Origin: Acetobacterium malicum
GTDB lineage: Bacteria > Bacillota > Clostridia > Eubacteriales > Eubacteriaceae
DNA length: 24,000 bases
Assembly: GCF_014284495.1 (NCBI RefSeq)
Contig: NZ_WJBE01000001.1
Direction: 5' to 3' (one strand)
Shown: positions 22,790-24,000 of the stretch, piece after piece
Numbering within the stretch: position 1 is the first letter of the stretch
How the letters are laid out: the number at the start of each line of letters is the position of its first letter
Translations under genes and position numbers: made by a program
Notes under the pieces: generated by a model
The model's database searches: none
Seen by the model: only the letters and a program-made list of their open reading frames with translations
Told to the model about the DNA's origin: nothing

Positions 22790-23123
22790 CTGGATTAACA
22801 CGCTGGAAGCTCTACTCGTTGTGGCACTGGTTACTATTCTGACAAGATCTTTGCCATTCTTGTTTTTTGGTGGAAGAAAAGAACTGCCGGATACGGTAAG
22901 CTATTTAGGAACAGTTTTGCCGGCAGCCATTATGATTATTCTGGTGGTTTTCTGTTTGCGCAATATTGGTTTGAGTGCCTATCCCTTTGGCTTACCGGAG
23001 CTGTTAAGCGTTGCTGTGGTGATCATTGTTCATCGAACCAGAAAAAACGTTTTTCTCAGCATCAGTGCTGGAACCGGACTTTATATGGTGTTAACCCGGA
23101 CCCTGTTTATAACGGCCAGCTGA
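22779..23123 (+). CDS. azlD: AzlD-family branched-chain amino acid transport protein
   Basis: Small 114-aa, ~4-TM protein (LLVVALVTILTRSLPFLFFG). GGAGGA RBS. It overlaps azlC by 11 nt, matching the canonical azlCD pairing. Confidence 0.8.
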   Translation: MSINWINTLEALLVVALVTILTRSLPFLFFGGRKELPDTVSYLGTVLPAAIMIILVVFCLRNIGLSAYPFGLPELLSVAVVIIVHRTRKNVFLSISAGTGLYMVLTRTLFITAS

Positions 23124-23288
23124 TCATCAGCGTATTTTTTTATTTTCCAGCACCGGAGGTTTTAATAATAATTGTCCGTTTAGTAGTTTTAATATTTATT
23201 ATCAGGAACTAATGCGGTATAATAAGACCACAATTCTTTAAAAGCTGAGGCGTATGAAAAGGATGCACAAATAATACGGGGGGATCGG

Positions 23289-23708
23289 ATGAAAAAGAAA
23301 ACAATATCAAAACTATTGGTGATATTAATAGTAACAAGTCTCTTTTTGACAGCCAGCGGCTGTGTTCACACCCAGAGCTATGGCGGTGGTATTTATACTG
23401 GTGAGTGGAAAGATGGCGTACCCAATGGTTATGGGAAGTTCACTTACTCTGAGAATGTGATTTATGAAGGTGAATGGAAGGACGGCAAACTCCATGGCCA
23501 GGGTACTGCCACCGGATATGATGGAACAAAATTCGAAGGAGAGTGGAAATACGGTAAGCTGGATGGTTATGGCACCAAGACTGATCAAGGAAATACCTAT
23601 GTAGGCGAATTTAAAGAAGGCATGATGCATGGGAAAGGCACACTGACTATGGCTGACGGTACCACCTATGTAGGAACCTTCGCCAATGATCAATACGTCG
23701 GTCCGTAA
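23289..23708 (+). CDS. MORN-repeat lipoprotein
   Basis: Signal peptide with lipobox LTASGC. At least five MORN-type repeats follow (YTGEWKDGVPNGYG, YEGEWKDGKLHGQG, FEGEWKYGKLDGYG, YVGEFKEGMMHGKG, YVGTFANDQY). Confidence 0.85.
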   Translation: MKKKTISKLLVILIVTSLFLTASGCVHTQSYGGGIYTGEWKDGVPNGYGKFTYSENVIYEGEWKDGKLHGQGTATGYDGTKFEGEWKYGKLDGYGTKTDQGNTYVGEFKEGMMHGKGTLTMADGTTYVGTFANDQYVGP

Positions 23709-23727
23709 ATAACAGGAGCAATGATTT

Positions 23728-23762
23728 AAAAAACAGTATGAACTTTTCATGCTGTTTTTTTA
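23728..23762 (+). terminator. Rho-independent terminator
   Basis: AAAAACAGTATGA / TCATGCTGTTTTT stem (one G-U pair) running into a T-run. Confidence 0.75.
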
Positions 23763-23771
23763 TAATCATTC

Positions 23772-23800
23772 TTGACAGAAGATAAAAACTAGTGTAGACT
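23772..23800 (+). promoter_or_regulatory. Sigma-A type promoter (TTGACA-17-TAGACT)
   Basis: Perfect TTGACA at 23772-23777, a 17-nt spacer, and TAGACT at 23795-23800. It lies about 90 nt upstream of the ATG at 23890. Confidence 0.6.
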
Positions 23801-23889
23801 TACTAAATAGGAACACTAAATATAAGTTTGCTTGATCTGATAGATTGGATCGGCAATTTACAGATTTTCAAAAATAAGGACTGATAGTT

Positions 23890-24000
23890 ATGGATATCGT
23901 TGAACGACTGACACAATTTGGACTGACAAGGCATGAGGCTGCTATTTATTTAACCCTGCTTGCTGAAGGTGATCTAAATGGCTACGAGGTGGCAAAGACA
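23890..24000 (+). CDS. TrmB-family wHTH transcriptional regulator (N-terminal 37 aa only; runs off the window)
   Basis: MDIVERLTQFGLTRHEAAIYLTLLAEGDLNGYEVAKT matches the TrmB-type HTH N-terminus. AAGGA lies upstream. This ORF is not in the supplied track because it is truncated. Confidence 0.65.
   Translation, partial: MDIVERLTQFGLTRHEAAIYLTLLAEGDLNGYEVAKT

Noticed and set aside
23118-23148. Terminator after azlD (GCTGA-TCA-TCAGC followed by GTATTTTTTT)
   Set aside because: The stem is only 5 bp with a 3-nt loop and partly overlaps the stop codon. That is too weak to call, although the T-run suggests some termination may occur here.

Overview
24 kb of low-GC, Firmicute-like chromosome (clostridial/Eubacteriaceae style gene content, possibly Acetobacterium-like; the taxon cannot be verified from here). 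It is almost all coding, mostly on the + strand, and dominated by signal transduction. I saw no rRNA, tRNA, CRISPR array, transposase or integrase. Gene order: a 5'-truncated PAS-GGDEF-HD-GYP c-di-GMP enzyme; a YczE-like membrane protein (-); an iron-sulfur-flavoprotein-like FMN reductase; a translationally coupled LiaF-like/LiaG-like (DUF4097) membrane pair (-); a small protein I could not assign; two tandem paralogous methyl-accepting chemotaxis proteins (MCPs); a DUF815 P-loop ATPase; a beta-CASP/MBL ribonuclease-type protein; a six-gene cassette of RsbR-like, RsbS-like, RsbT-like, RsbX-like, a 1028-aa hybrid histidine kinase with two receivers and an Hpt domain, and a REC-HD-GYP response regulator; a MocR/GabR-type regulator; azlC-azlD; a MORN-repeat lipoprotein; and the start of a TrmB-type regulator. 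The most interesting content is the stressosome-type partner-switching module, which appears wired to a phosphorelay and c-di-GMP hydrolysis rather than to a sigma factor. Three features stand out. (i) The hybrid kinase has an N-terminal degenerate RsbT-like domain. (ii) A Cys-rich PAS sensor in the RsbR-like protein recurs in the cytoplasmic sensor region of both MCPs. (iii) The two MCP genes share an ~850 bp 3' tract with a 311 bp perfectly identical core, while their sensor halves are strongly diverged. All domain calls come from motif recognition by eye, with no database search.
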